Shown: positions 35,441-47,924 of the stretch, in pieces | Layout of the letters: each line of letters starts with the position of its first letter | How positions within the stretch are numbered: position 1 is the stretch's first letter | Assembly: GCA_965235115.1 (NCBI GenBank) | Contig: OZ249436.1 | Span: forward strand, 4,218,001-4,282,000 | Direction: 5' to 3' | From: Laetmonice hystrix | Lineage: Eukaryota | DNA: 64,000 bases | The notes under the pieces: generated by a model | Databases searched by the model: none | What the model saw: only the letters and a program-made list of their open reading frames with translations | What the model was told of the DNA's origin: nothing | Made by a program: the position numbers and the translations under genes

Positions 35441-38400
35441 CAATCACTGCTCACTTCACGCCGATCAGGGGTCGACTCGAGCGTCTTTCAACACTACTCG
35501 CAAATAATTGCTTAATCAGCGAATACCAATCGGTGAGACCAGTGTCAGTCAGATATATGTCAGATCAGGGACTCACGAATTGTGTGAATTAACCAGGGCG
35601 TTTTGTGTGCACCTTTATAAATACAATAATTAGGTTCATTCTGTGCTCACAGCCCGTGGTAATCCTAGTGTTAATTCACGGGTACAACCCCTGCAGGGGT
35701 GAATACAATAGGGTGAATGTTGGGGGTTGGTGTCGTAACACTGGGCTGGGTGGTTCTCAAGTAACAATGGAACCCTCCCCAGGAGAGATCCAGTTAGATG
35801 GCAGCACACTAATCCGTGTCAAGGTCAGTCCCAAGGGTAAACTTTGACATGCTGATTACTCTACTATAATGTTATATCAGGTCGCGTTTATACAGCTCGG
35901 GATAGGTACACGTATAGATCATTGAGTGGCGCACTTAATACATCAAATTAGGCGTACAATTCTATGTACTCATGGTTTGACTATACGATGCTGCCTCTCT
36001 GGGTTTCACAAAAACATTTTTCAAGAAATAAAAGTATCAAAATTGTCAGGAAAAAGTATTTAAAAAAGTGTTAATAGCACCAATTGCTTTGTCACGATTT
36101 GCTCCCATATTACGTTTCTCGATACAAAGCTTGATATTATACGGAATGATGTATAGTACATTGTTGGGAAATGTTTAGCTTATAGTGCGGCAAATTTCTC
36201 TGTGATGCTCAGCGAAAAAAATCCATTCAACAAAACACGTACCATTATGAGACTAACCAAACCTCGCCGTCTCAGCATATTCTTGTCTGTAGAGTGTTCA
36301 AACCAGATTTCGCAGAACAAAAGTACAAAAAAGTATTTGCACCTATAAAAAGCATGGAAAAAGTATAAAAAGTAGTTTTCCCCTTAAAAATTATATACTT
36401 TTAAAACAAGTATAAAGTGGCAGCACTGCACTTACTAAAGTCTATGGACCGTTTTTATATCATGGGTCTGTGAACTATGTGAAGAGGGTCCATCAATCTG
36501 TGAGTGTGGGCTCGCCTATTAAAGTGACCAAGCGTGGGCGAGTTGTCCAGGACGTTCTGCCCGACTCCCAGCAGCAAACACGCTGGGTCAACATACTGAC
36601 CAGTGGTGAGTACAGAACACACGTGTCATCCACCAGGTCAGACTGCCCGTTATCACCACTCCGGCCAATTCATATTCAGTTAGATACATTATTAGCTGAT
36701 ATAATTATCATTATCAGAATGTCTCCGACATGGATGGCGTTAAAACTAACACACAGATTGTCCAAGTCTGTCGCCGGAAGGCAGCGGCTAATGGGACGGG
36801 CAAACAGAGCGCATGCGCATCCACTCCTGGCGGCGGAAACACGCACAATGACAGGAAAAGTGGACACAAAACATAACAAAACCCTCTCCAACTACTCCGA
36901 CACATATTTAAAGACCTGTCAGATGAGTAACACGATAGCCGAGGTCGGTGGAAATTAAGCGAGATTAAAATCCGATAAGCCAACCGTTGACGGGTTTGAT
37001 ACGTCGTTGTGTATAAATGTTGGGGGACGGAGTATTGTGTGGACTCGGGTCGTGTACATATTCATTAGCATTTCCACGCGCGGTCGTCATTATGGAGACT
37101 CACTTTGTTGAAAAGGAAAGGTACTTTGTCAAAGTTGCTAGCAGATCGTACGTGATAATCTATCGGGATCCACATTTTAACGGTATACATGTTCTTGTCA
37201 CTGAAAAGGCAAAAAAGTCTTTCTGCATGACAACGCTGATTTACATAGGCTGTCGTTTCCTAAAGCCATGGCATCAACTCCGTCCAACTGTTGTTTTACC
37301 TTGAACCCCCTATCCAGAGCCAGTCGGTTGGGCGAGGCGGGACATGGTGTTCAAGCCATAAAGACTAGTTGGATGGGGTAATTAAGTCAAGTCGGGTCGG
37401 TACGTGGAGTACTATGACACTAAACGCACGATTTCCTATTTAAAATGCGCGGCAAAGATCCATGTGTATAATATAAGCACAGTACAAGTATATAGAGACC
37501 GTGCAATACTTTCTTTATTGAATGCATCGTTTGCAGTTGAATGCATTAATCAAACCTTTGTTCTCATGTGCAAGAAAGTCCTTTGACTTTGCAAGAATAG
37601 GACCTACAAAATAGGTCATGAGGCGATTAGTCGAATGATGTATATTGGAGGGAGGTTTAGGCCGCCTACACTTCAAAACGGATCTTTCAAAATGTTAGCG
37701 GTGAAGAAGTTAATGCACGATTTTGTCCTTACATAACTTATGATTTAAAATTACTGATGGCAGGACTATATAAAAGGAATTTTGATGTACTTTTGCTGGA
37801 GTTGAAATATATTTCGTTAGGCTATAGACGAATTGCGAAGAGGTTTTTATTTGTTTTGACCATTTAAACTATATTACGATTCAAACAAAGGGAATAGAAA
37901 AGATATCTCTGTCTGCTATATACAGGTTATATTCTTTGATGAATTTGAATTAGTCTGTTTGTTATTTTGAACAAAGTATAAATCGGACAATTTGACCACT
38001 CATCCAAGAGAATTTATAATTAGAACAGCCTTCAGAAACACAACTATAACGATGTCAAGTAACAAAGCAGTGTGGCATCCCTAGCATTTCCACAGGACTT
38101 CATTCTTACAATGTGCTCAACAGAACCTACAATTTGTGAGGTTAACGGATCGAAGCGCCACTGTTTGAACAGACAAGCGTCAGTATTTTGATGCATGATG
38201 CCTTGTTAATGCAGATTACCTGATGTGCGTGTGGCATAGAACCAAAAATTAGGTTCATTCGGATCCGTAATTGACTATCGTGAGCGGGATGACCACATTT
38301 TGTCGCATCAAGGCCAAGTCGATTTGTACCATTACTGAGAGTTACTCAACCGCGCCAGAAAATGTCGTCCGCTACGTCAGAGAGCGTATGTCGAAAAGTC

Positions 38401-38826
38401 ACCCCCTGACCCGACCACCGCCCTATTTCCACCCCGAACGCTGGCACGCGCCAGGGACGCGCTACTGAGTGCACGTGCACGACTGGCTATGGCGGAGAGC
38501 ATGATGCCGGGAACCCTCGTCAAACAACGTGCAGCGCGGCGAGACACCAACATGGCCGCCTCCCATGAATGCGGCCATTGTGTCCGCGGGGGTAACATGA
38601 CGTACGGTTGCTTTCAATGACGCTGTCAGAGAGCATGTCTGTTTTTCCACCCCAGGGGACCCGACCCCCTCGGCTGTTTTCATAAGGGCCCGATCCGAGC
38701 CTCTCCTATGATCCCGAGTTTGACAAACGAGGGCAAAACACGTGCGGTTAATTTTAGAAGTCGCGTGCAGCCCGGACGCGCGTACGTCTCGGTATAGGTC
38801 AATTAATAAGGAAAGTGTAATGTTAG

Positions 38827-41384
38827 GAGGCAGGTAATGTCGGATAGGGGCTGTACTTGATCTGTACCATTGAGTCAGGTAATGTCAGATAGGGGTTGTA
38901 CTTGATCTCTACCATTGAGTCAGGTAATGTCAGATAGAGGCTGTACTTGATCTGTACCATTGAGTCAGGTAATGTCAGATAGAGGCTGTACTTGATCTGT
39001 ACCATTGAGTCAGGTAATGTCAGATAGAGGCTGTACTTGATCTGTACCATTGAGGCAGGTAATGTCGGATAGGGGCTGTACTTGATCTGTACCATTGAGT
39101 CAGGTAATGTCGGATAGGGGCTGTACTGGATCTACCATTGAGTCAGGTAATGTCAGATAGAGGCTGTACTTGATCTGTACCATTGAGTCAGGTAATGTCA
39201 GATAGGGGCTGTACTTGATCTGTACCATTGAGTCAGGTAATGTCAGATAGAGGCTGTACTTGATCTGTACCATTGAGTCAGGTAATGTCAGATAGGGGCT
39301 GTACTTGATCTGTACCATTGAGGCAGGTAATGTCGGATAGGGGCTGTACTAGATCTGTACCATTGAGTCAGGTAATGTCAGATAGGGGCTGTACTTGATC
39401 TGTACCATTGAGTCAGGTAATGTCAGATAGGGGCTGTACTTGATCTGTACCATTGAGTCAGGTAATGTCAGATAGAGGCTGTACGATCTGTATCATTGAG
39501 TCAGGTAATGTCAGATAGAGGCTGTACCTGATCTGTACCATTGAGTCAGGTAATGTCAGATAGGGGCTGTACTTGATCTGTACCATTGAGTCAGGTAATT
39601 TCAGATAGGGGCTGTACTTGATCTGTACCATTGAGTCAGGTAATGTCGGATAGGGGCTGTACTTGATCTGTACCTTTGAGTCAGGTAATGTCGGATAGGG
39701 GTTGTACTTGATCTGTACCATTGAGTCAGGTAATGTCAGATAAAGGCTGTACTTGATCTACCATTGAGTCAGGTAATGTCAGATAGGGGTTGTACTTGAT
39801 CTGTACCATTGAGTCAGGTAATGTCAGATAGGGGCTGTACTTGATCTGTACCATTGAGTCAGGTAATGTTAGATAGGGGCTGTACTAGATCTGTACCATT
39901 GAGTCAGGTAATGTCAGATAGAGGCTGTACTTGATCTGTACCATTGAGTCAGGTAATGTCGGATAGGGGCTGTACTTGATCTGTACCATTGAGTCAGGTA
40001 ATGTCAGATAGGGGTTGTACTTGATCTCTACCATTGAGTCAGGTAATGTCAGATAGAGGCTGTACTTGATCTGTACCATTGAGTCAGGTAATGTCAGATA
40101 GAGGCTGTACTTGATCTGTACCATTGAGTCAGGTAATGTCAGATAGAGGCTGTACTTGATCTGTACCATTGAGGCAGGTAATGTCGGATAGGGGCTGTAC
40201 TTGATCTGTACCATTGAGTCAGGTAATGTCGGATAGGGGCTGTACTGGATCTACCATTGAGTCAGGTAATGTCAGATAGAGGCTGTACTTGATCTGTACC
40301 ATTGAGTCAGGTAATGTCAGATAGGGGCTGTACTTGATCTGTACCATTGAGTCAGGTAATGTCAGATAGAGGCTGTACTTGATCTGTACCATTGAGTCAG
40401 GTAATGTCAGATAGGGGCTGTACTTGATCTGTACCATTGAGGCAGGTAATGTCGGATAGGGGCTGTACTAGATCTGTACCATTGAGTCAGGTAATGTCAG
40501 ATAGGGGCTGTACTTGATCTGTACCATTGAGTCAGGTAATGTCAGATAGGGGCTGTACTTGATCTGTACCATTGAGTCAGGTAATGTCAGATAGAGGCTG
40601 TACGATCTGTATCATTGAGTCAGGTAATGTCAGATAGAGGCTGTACCTGATCTGTACCATTGAGTCAGGTAATGTCAGATAGGGGCTGTACTTGATCTGT
40701 ACCATTGAGTCAGGTAATTTCAGATAGGGGCTGTACTTGATCTGTACCATTGAGTCAGGTAATGTCGGATAGGGGCTGTACTTGATCTGTACCTTTGAGT
40801 CAGGTAATGTCGGATAGGGGTTGTACTTGATCTGTACCATTGAGTCAGGTAATGTCAGATAAAGGCTGTACTTGATCTACCATTGAGTCAGGTAATGTCA
40901 GATAGGGGTTGTACTTGATCTGTACCATTGAGTCAGGTAATGTCAGATAGGGGCTGTACTTGATCTGTACCATTGAGTCAGGTAATGTTAGATAGGGGCT
41001 GTACTAGATCTGTACCATTGAGTCAGGTAATGTCAGATAGAGGCTGTACTTGATCTGTACCATTGAGTCAGGTAATGTCAGATAGAGGCTGTACTTGATC
41101 TACCATTGAGTCAGGTAATGTCAGATAGGGGCTGTACTTGATCTACCATTGAGTCAGGTAATGTCAGATAGAGGCTGTACTTGATCTGTACCATTGAGTC
41201 AGGTAATGTCAGATAGAGGCTGTACTTGATCTGTACCATTGAGTCAGGTAATGTCGGATAGGGGCTGTACTTGATCTGTACCATTGAGTCAGGTAATGTC
41301 AGATAGGGGCTGTACTTGATCTGTACCATTGAGTCAGGTAATGTCAGATAGGGGCTGTACTTGATCTGTACCATTGAGTCAGGA
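38827..41384. repeat. 45-bp minisatellite (gtcaggtaatgtcagataggggctgtacttgatctgtaccattga), about 57 copies, with a 1119-bp higher-order duplication
   Basis: Direct inspection; ORF pairs are offset by exactly 1119 bp. Confidence 0.97.
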
Positions 41385-42393
41385 TAGAAGGTAGATCTAC
41401 GTCAATCATCTGCAAAGTTTGATGTTGGATAGAAAGTAGATCTTATACCATGTTGGAATCCTATTCACGATGTTTTTAAGGGCACTACAATAAACCCACA
41501 CCTATTTTATTCACTGACTATTAACATGGGACATGAAACGGACCCGATTTTAACTTTACAACGTACAATTAATATACCTGCCCGCTCCTACACACCTTTG
41601 TGTACAGGTAAGGGTGTTAAACATGTATGTCAGGCGGGGTCAAGGCAGGTCACCGTTGGTTAGTAGTTCACTCTCCATTCTATGGTCTATAGCACTCCGT
41701 GAGGACCCACAGGAGTGGAAAACAAATATAAAGTTAACTTAACCTCTTCATTGGTCTGAAACACAGCAAAGGCGAGGGGGCAGTTTTGATTGAAGTCAAT
41801 GGGGATGGAACCGTACACCAAGTATGAAGATACCTGGATTTAAAGGTAAATGTGATTTATGTTTGTCAGGTATATACACTCAGAGAGGTTTGCAGGTCAC
41901 TCAGAGAGGTTTGCAGGTCACTCAGAGAGGTTTGCAGGTAAAAGGAATGAGAATCTTTATTTATCAACAATGTGAACATTGAGTGAACATTGAGATGGAC
42001 TTTAGCACACTCCTGACATAGGACACCAACTTGGGATGATCGACAACACATACACCAAGACGTGCCCAGGTATATGTAGGGACTGACTGCGTTATAGCCC
42101 CTCCCCGCCCCGAGTTGAAGGGATAAAGTTAATATATTAGGTTTCTTCATGGACAATGACATTGAAGTGCCCTCCTATTTCATCCCCTCATATGTAAGTA
42201 TATGGCTATATGATCTGCTCATGGTGAATTCTCGGACACATGCATGTTGCATGCCCGTCATTTTGTGTGGGATTGATGGAATGGAAAGTGAATGTTCTTT
42301 TTCAGACTTAATTTACTTTGTCAAACTTTAAAGTTTTTACGATCAACAACTGTCATCGAGGGGCTCATGGTTTTACATTATTGGGACACTATG

Positions 42394-42800
42394 TCATGCC
42401 TTTCCTTCAGAAACCCGGTCGTCGCAGCGAACACCCGTTAGCCGTACACTGAGTAAACACCTGAATAATACACAACGCTTCTTGAAGCCTAGAAAGGCCA
42501 ACTGAACTCCACATTTCCCATCAAAGTATTCCTGTGTTCTGTATACAATGACGCGCTGAAGAAGTGAAGGGCGGGCCGTTACCGTGACATAAAGCATGCT
42601 CCCGCCTCCTGGTTTCAAAGCTCAGCTGAAGAGGTTCGAGCCGGACATGGTGACTGCCCCAGGGTGAGTGGTAGTAGTCATCCTTGACCTCAGCCTCTCG
42701 GACCACAGTCCAGAGGTCCAGCTGTGTCACGGCCGGCCGCGCGACCCTCACCTCCAACCTCCAACTGACCACGGTATACACCGGAAACACCGACTTGGGC
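42394..42800 (-). mobile_element. Possible degraded LINE ORF2 3' end
   Basis: Minus-strand ETRRREHALCH (degenerate Zn-knuckle-like) and, in another frame, terminal ATTGFLKE; weak. Confidence 0.25.
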
Positions 42801-42930
42801 ATGCGCGGAGGGCCTTGTCAAAAGCTCCCGGCAAGCACCACTTCACACGACGGTCATGTCAACGTCCGACCCACGACCGCGTTTTGTTTGGTTGTCTTCT
42901 ATCACAGACCATTTCCTGATCACTTGAGCG

Positions 42931-43397
42931 TTTTGTTGCCAGTTACCGTTTCTAACCGAGCCCATTTACCTAGATATGTTGCCAGTTACCGTTTCTAACC
43001 GAGCCCATTTACCTTGATTTGTTGCCAGTTACCGTTTCTAACCGAGCCCATTACCTAGATTTGTTGCCAGTTACCATTTATAACCGAGCCCATTTACCTA
43101 TATTTGTTGCCAGTTACCGTTTCTAACCGAGCCCATTTACCTAGATTTGTTGCCAGTTACCATTTATAACCGAGCCCATTTACCTATATTTGTTGCCAGT
43201 TACCGTTTCTAACCGAGCCCATTACCTAGATTTGTTGCCAGTTACCATTTATAACCGAGCCCATTTACCTATATTTGTTGCCAGTTACCGTTTCTAACCG
43301 AGCCCATTTACCTAGATTTGTTGCCAGTTACCGTTTCTAACCGAGCCCATTACCTAGATTTGTTGCCAGTTACTAACCGAGCCCATTTACCTATATT
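42931..43397. repeat. 42-43 bp minisatellite (tttgttgccagttaccgtttctaaccgagcccatttacctaga), about 11 copies
   Basis: Direct inspection. Confidence 0.95.
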
Positions 43398-45531
43398 TTA
43401 AACAAGGAAATGCTCAAGAGAAGATCTGGATACCAAAATGAGCTGTAGTGTCAGTTAGGTCTTTACGACACCTGTTAGCAGCTGTAAGACAATTCATAGG
43501 TCTGACCTAACAAGCACTCCTTTTTGAATGACTGCTCAAAACAACAGAATAATGATGCCTTATTTCCCTACTCTCTTTTAATTATATATGTATAATCTTT
43601 AATAAGGTTTAATTATAGGTAAGTATCTCACATGCATTAATATCGGGACGTGAAAATGTAGGCCCTTTAATGTATACTTTCCTTCTGTAAAAGAAGAAAG
43701 TACCCTCACTGAGTTGAGTATTAAGCATTTCTATTTTGCTCTATGTATATAACTCTGTGTTTTACACCTTGCTTGTTTTACAAGAAGAATATTGTGGATA
43801 CACATCGCATTATGTGTGCACAGGGGTACATTTCGCTTAATAAACAGATTATTGGTATATGCCAATATAAGTTTATTCCTGATCGTGCTTTGTCATAGCG
43901 AGCCGGGTGAATCGGTCGGATTTGCGATGTTTGTCAGAAGACTATAGCTGTCCTCTGATCTATAATTTGTGTGTCTATTTCTCAAACAAAGTTTGGTGTA
44001 GACTCAAGAGATTTACGGCTAATGTCGGCGAAGGCACGCGCGCTCTGGTTATGTTTGACCACTGAGTATGAGCCCAAGTAACAAAAACCCACCCCGCACA
44101 GTTTACGCCTCTCAAGCAACTAAAATTGAAAATACGGATTAGCATTTCAGGCAATGCCGTCCGTTGCTGCTGAACCTCCGGGCGGTCACAGCACACAAAG
44201 ATTGAGGGCTGAAGATGAGTAGGCTGCATTCATGAATTCTGCTCGTTCGAGAGACCAACCAACGCCCGGAATAATCGTTCAGGTCAATATAGGGAGCGCT
44301 TCATTCGTACCCATGCTTTGTATTCCTGTCCGCAGGTATAGTTGTAGGTATATGAACCTATATCTATATGCTATCCGTTTCACATACACTCACTGTTACG
44401 TTCAGGGTATAAGTCAGGTTCGAAACATCTTCTGTAAGCCATGCAAGCAACAGTTAAGTGGTTTTTATAAAGTAGAAAAAGGCTCAGGATGGCTACTGTT
44501 ACGTATATAATTTTAAACTATATTTAAGTTCGGTATAAGGGACAGTGGGCGGATTATTTACATCTCTTGAGATTCTCAGTTTAGAAGTTTAAAGTTTAGT
44601 GTCAGAGATGTTATCAAGTTCAGATATCCATCTGTTGCAGCGCCACCTGTCGTGTTCCGGCACAGCGGCACCAAGCGGCCGTAGACAGAATCACGAGGAG
44701 ATTATACCAGAACCTGAAAATAAACCAAATTAAAAAAGGACCATATTCATGGACGTTCCCAGCTAAGCTTCTTTAGTTTTTAATCCACAAACTATGTATA
44801 ATCTCGTGTTTGGTTGCTGGGAGATGTGTTTTAAGGTAACAGATGCCTGTGTTCTACACATCAAACGTTGAGAGATGAGAGAAAGACGAGATGTGGGGAT
44901 AATTCATCGGATATTGTTGTCTGCCGCTCTGAGATAGACGCGGTCACATTACCCCTACACAAACACTATCATGTGTCCTTCTGATTGCAATGTCAGAGAA
45001 CAACAAAGAACTAAGGTTGGATATTACACTTACCAGTGTACAATGGATATCATCTCTTAGCCTTGCTCCTCGTGCATGGCAGGTCTCACCTACTTGTCAG
45101 GGACGTCTGTGACTCCTGGCGCAAGCTGTTTGTTTGTTCACTGTCACAACCTAACCATTATGATCGTATAAAAAGTACAGAACCATGGATATAATTATAC
45201 ATGGAGGTCTACACATGGATTAGACAATAAAAAGATAATTTCTGATTTGTAAGCAGTCAGGTTTGAGCATGATCGTGCTCCTTCTCTATATGAACTTACA
45301 CCGACATGTCTACAAGCAACGGGTGCGAAGAGTGCTTTATCCAGAGAATGGCTTTCTCAAAATTTTTGGTCACCTTTTTTTAGTTTTTGAACGGTTTCTT
45401 TTTAATTATAGACCTCATCATCAGATGTGAGGATGAACTCCTTGAATGCTATCTTACTTGTATTTAGACCGCAGGCTGTGCATGCACGAATACTTCCTAA
45501 TACATCGAGAAACCCGAGAGGCAGTGACCGG

Positions 45532-45745
45532 GGCCCGTTTTTTTTTTTTTTTTGGGGGGGGGGTTACTTTTCCACCGTGAGCAAGGCCAAGGGTGAACTG
45601 AGCTGAGCAGGGTGAGCATGATGAGTAAGCTCACAGGGGAAACAAAGAAACAAAATAAAACGGTGAGTATGAGCTCATGCTCAACCTTGCTCAGCTCAGC
45701 TCACCCTTGCTCACGGTGGAAAAGTATAAACACAAAAACTGGACC
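45532..45745. mobile_element. Palindromic MITE (foldback) with putative 3-bp TSD CGG
   Basis: TACTTTTCCACCGTGAGCAAGG (45565) pairs with CCTTGCTCACGGTGGAAAAGTA (to 45726); outer GGCCCGTTTT/AAAACTGGACC; CGG on both sides. Confidence 0.7.
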
Positions 45746-47559
45746 CGGGAACTGACGAGCAATCGACGCCGTGTCATACTTTCCACTGTTCACGAGTCTT
45801 CCCAACCCTTATAATTGCTATCATACGTCACAGTGAACGGGTTGTAGTAATTGTATATAAGTTATGAGAAGTAATTACTCGACCACCATTCGTTAATCAT
45901 GGTCTTGTACAACCGTCGACCTGCGCCCCCTGGTGATGGTCTATACCTGTCTATACACCGCCAGGTGTGGCGAGCGCCCCGTGCGTGGGCGGCTTAAGGT
46001 GACATGCGACCTTGACAACCCCCCCCCCCCCCCACTCCCGCCCACCGAATCTAACCCCCCAGTAACAAGATGGCCACTTGGATGTCCACGCGGCCCCCGG
46101 ACGGTGTGGCGGCGGGCAGCGGGCTCGTGGCCGCGGGCGGTAACTTGACGACAGGCGGGCGGTGGGTGAGGGGGGGGGGGGGGGGCAGCCGGGGACCGGT
46201 CAGGGCGGGCAGGGAGCGGTCAGACCCGGCCGGGCGGTCAACGTGCGGCCAGGTAAACCGCACTGCCCGGCATGTCACACCAGTCCAACCATTTGTAGGT
46301 GTCATAATACCTGCGTGTTGTGTCGTCATCCGACGTCACGATCCCGACCATGCCCAGACAACCCCACCCCCAACCCTCCCGGGGGGCATGCACCGGCGTA
46401 ACCCTGATCACGGCGGGGTAATTACCCCCGTCTCAGGGCGTTTTGGAGACCATGGACGAGTCTGGCCACGAGAGGTGTCGATCCCTGCCAATAGGTGTCG
46501 CTGCCGCCGGCAACCGACCGTCAAGGTTGGGAATCCGCCCCGCCCCGCCCCCACCCCCACCCCCGGCGGGTATTTTAACTGTTACTCCGGGTTACATGAT
46601 CGCCTCAGACGTGACGTCTGGGCGTCTCACAGACGTCACCAAGGTGATGATTCTACCGCCACTAGGGGGCGTGTCGGAGATGTTAAATCCTCAATTAGCA
46701 CTCACTGCAGGGACAAGGACCCCGTGGCATCTTTGATTATCGGGGGCGGAGCCCAGATTTCACGAAGAATGTTGGAGGGGGGGGGGGGATTCTATTGGCC
46801 CCTTAGATCAATGGGATCCGAGGGCAGGTATAGCTTTAACTGGCTGATGAGTAAGTCAGTGGTTGTTTTCATATGCTGCACGTGTTTAAGCGGTCGATAT
46901 TTATTATAACCCCCCCCCCCCCACCCCCCACCCGAATTAATTTTGGGTGGTGGGTGTAGGGCACATCATGAACGTGGTTCCATTAGTGCCGCAGGCCTAT
47001 AGCCATAGGATATGGGGGAGGGGGGGGTCCTCTATAAGATATAGCCTAAGCCGTATGGACAGTTAATCTTCCATCATAGAGAGGCCAAGTTGACCATGGC
47101 ATTGATTCTGTAGGCCTCCTTACGGATTTAAATCTTTAGAAAGGATTTATTGATAAGATCTGGTGGTGATAACGCAGCAACTAAATATCTATACACATGG
47201 CCTTTTCAACGGTCCGGGGTGAAATAGTCAAAAATCACGTACAGGCCCCCATTCTTCCCCCTACAAATAAAGCTACTTGGTCTAGACAATATATTCGACG
47301 CATGCATAGATACACTGTATAATATAGCCATGCAGATAATTATTTGTATAATCAAGGTCATATTGCAGGATGGGTGTAGCCATAGAGAGATGCCAGTGGC
47401 GATTTGAAATCTTCGTTGTGCAGGGCCAGCGCAGAATTGAAAACTTCGTTGTATACAGCAGGGCAAAGGTCGTTATAGAGAGCTAGGGTCGAGTTAAAAC
47501 GTTGGTAATTGAGGACCGCTCAAGCTGCAGCGAGAAGAACAATTAAACCATCCAGAAAG

Positions 47560-47924
47560 TATATGCATCCGGTTCAGAGCGTCTTAAGACGACGTTGGCT
47601 TTCAATGTCGTGTCGTCATTGACGCTGTCTCCAGCCTTCTCTACGACCCGGCAAGCCGCCCGGCCAGACTGGACGACCGACTCTTCACCTGTCACCGGGT
47701 ACAAAGAGACCATATCCGGCACGTTAAGGGGCACACCCTTACTGTCCGTGACCACCTATACTTCTCCTCAAAAACAACTACGTGTTTCCTGCCAGACATC
47801 CGGTTTCCTATAAGTCTTCTTGTTATAGGAGATGAGCATTCGGCCATCGTTTCTGTTTAGGCCTATAAATACCTCCAAGACACGGGGCTAAACATCCAGA
47901 CATTCAATCTTTGTCATCTGAAAT
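47560..47924 (+). mobile_element. Possible degraded LINE ORF2 3' end directly followed by the 76-bp array
   Basis: DSSPVTGYKETISGTLRGTP (cf. DSP-C-CG--ET--H-L--CP knuckle) and terminal YKYLQDTGL, typical of non-LTR ORF2 ends; frame-broken. Confidence 0.3.

Noticed and set aside
35985..36429. Possible hAT-like MITE (right end GTGGCAGCACTG, AAAAGTAT subrepeats)
   Set aside because: Left TIR degenerate and no TSD readable.
38823..41374. MVQIKYSPYLTLPDS-repeat ORFs on the minus strand
   Set aside because: 45-bp satellite, frame-broken by indel variants.
46070..46909. 279-aa GC-rich ORF
   Set aside because: Low-complexity G/P/R composition with homopolymer G/C runs, no domain or splice support.
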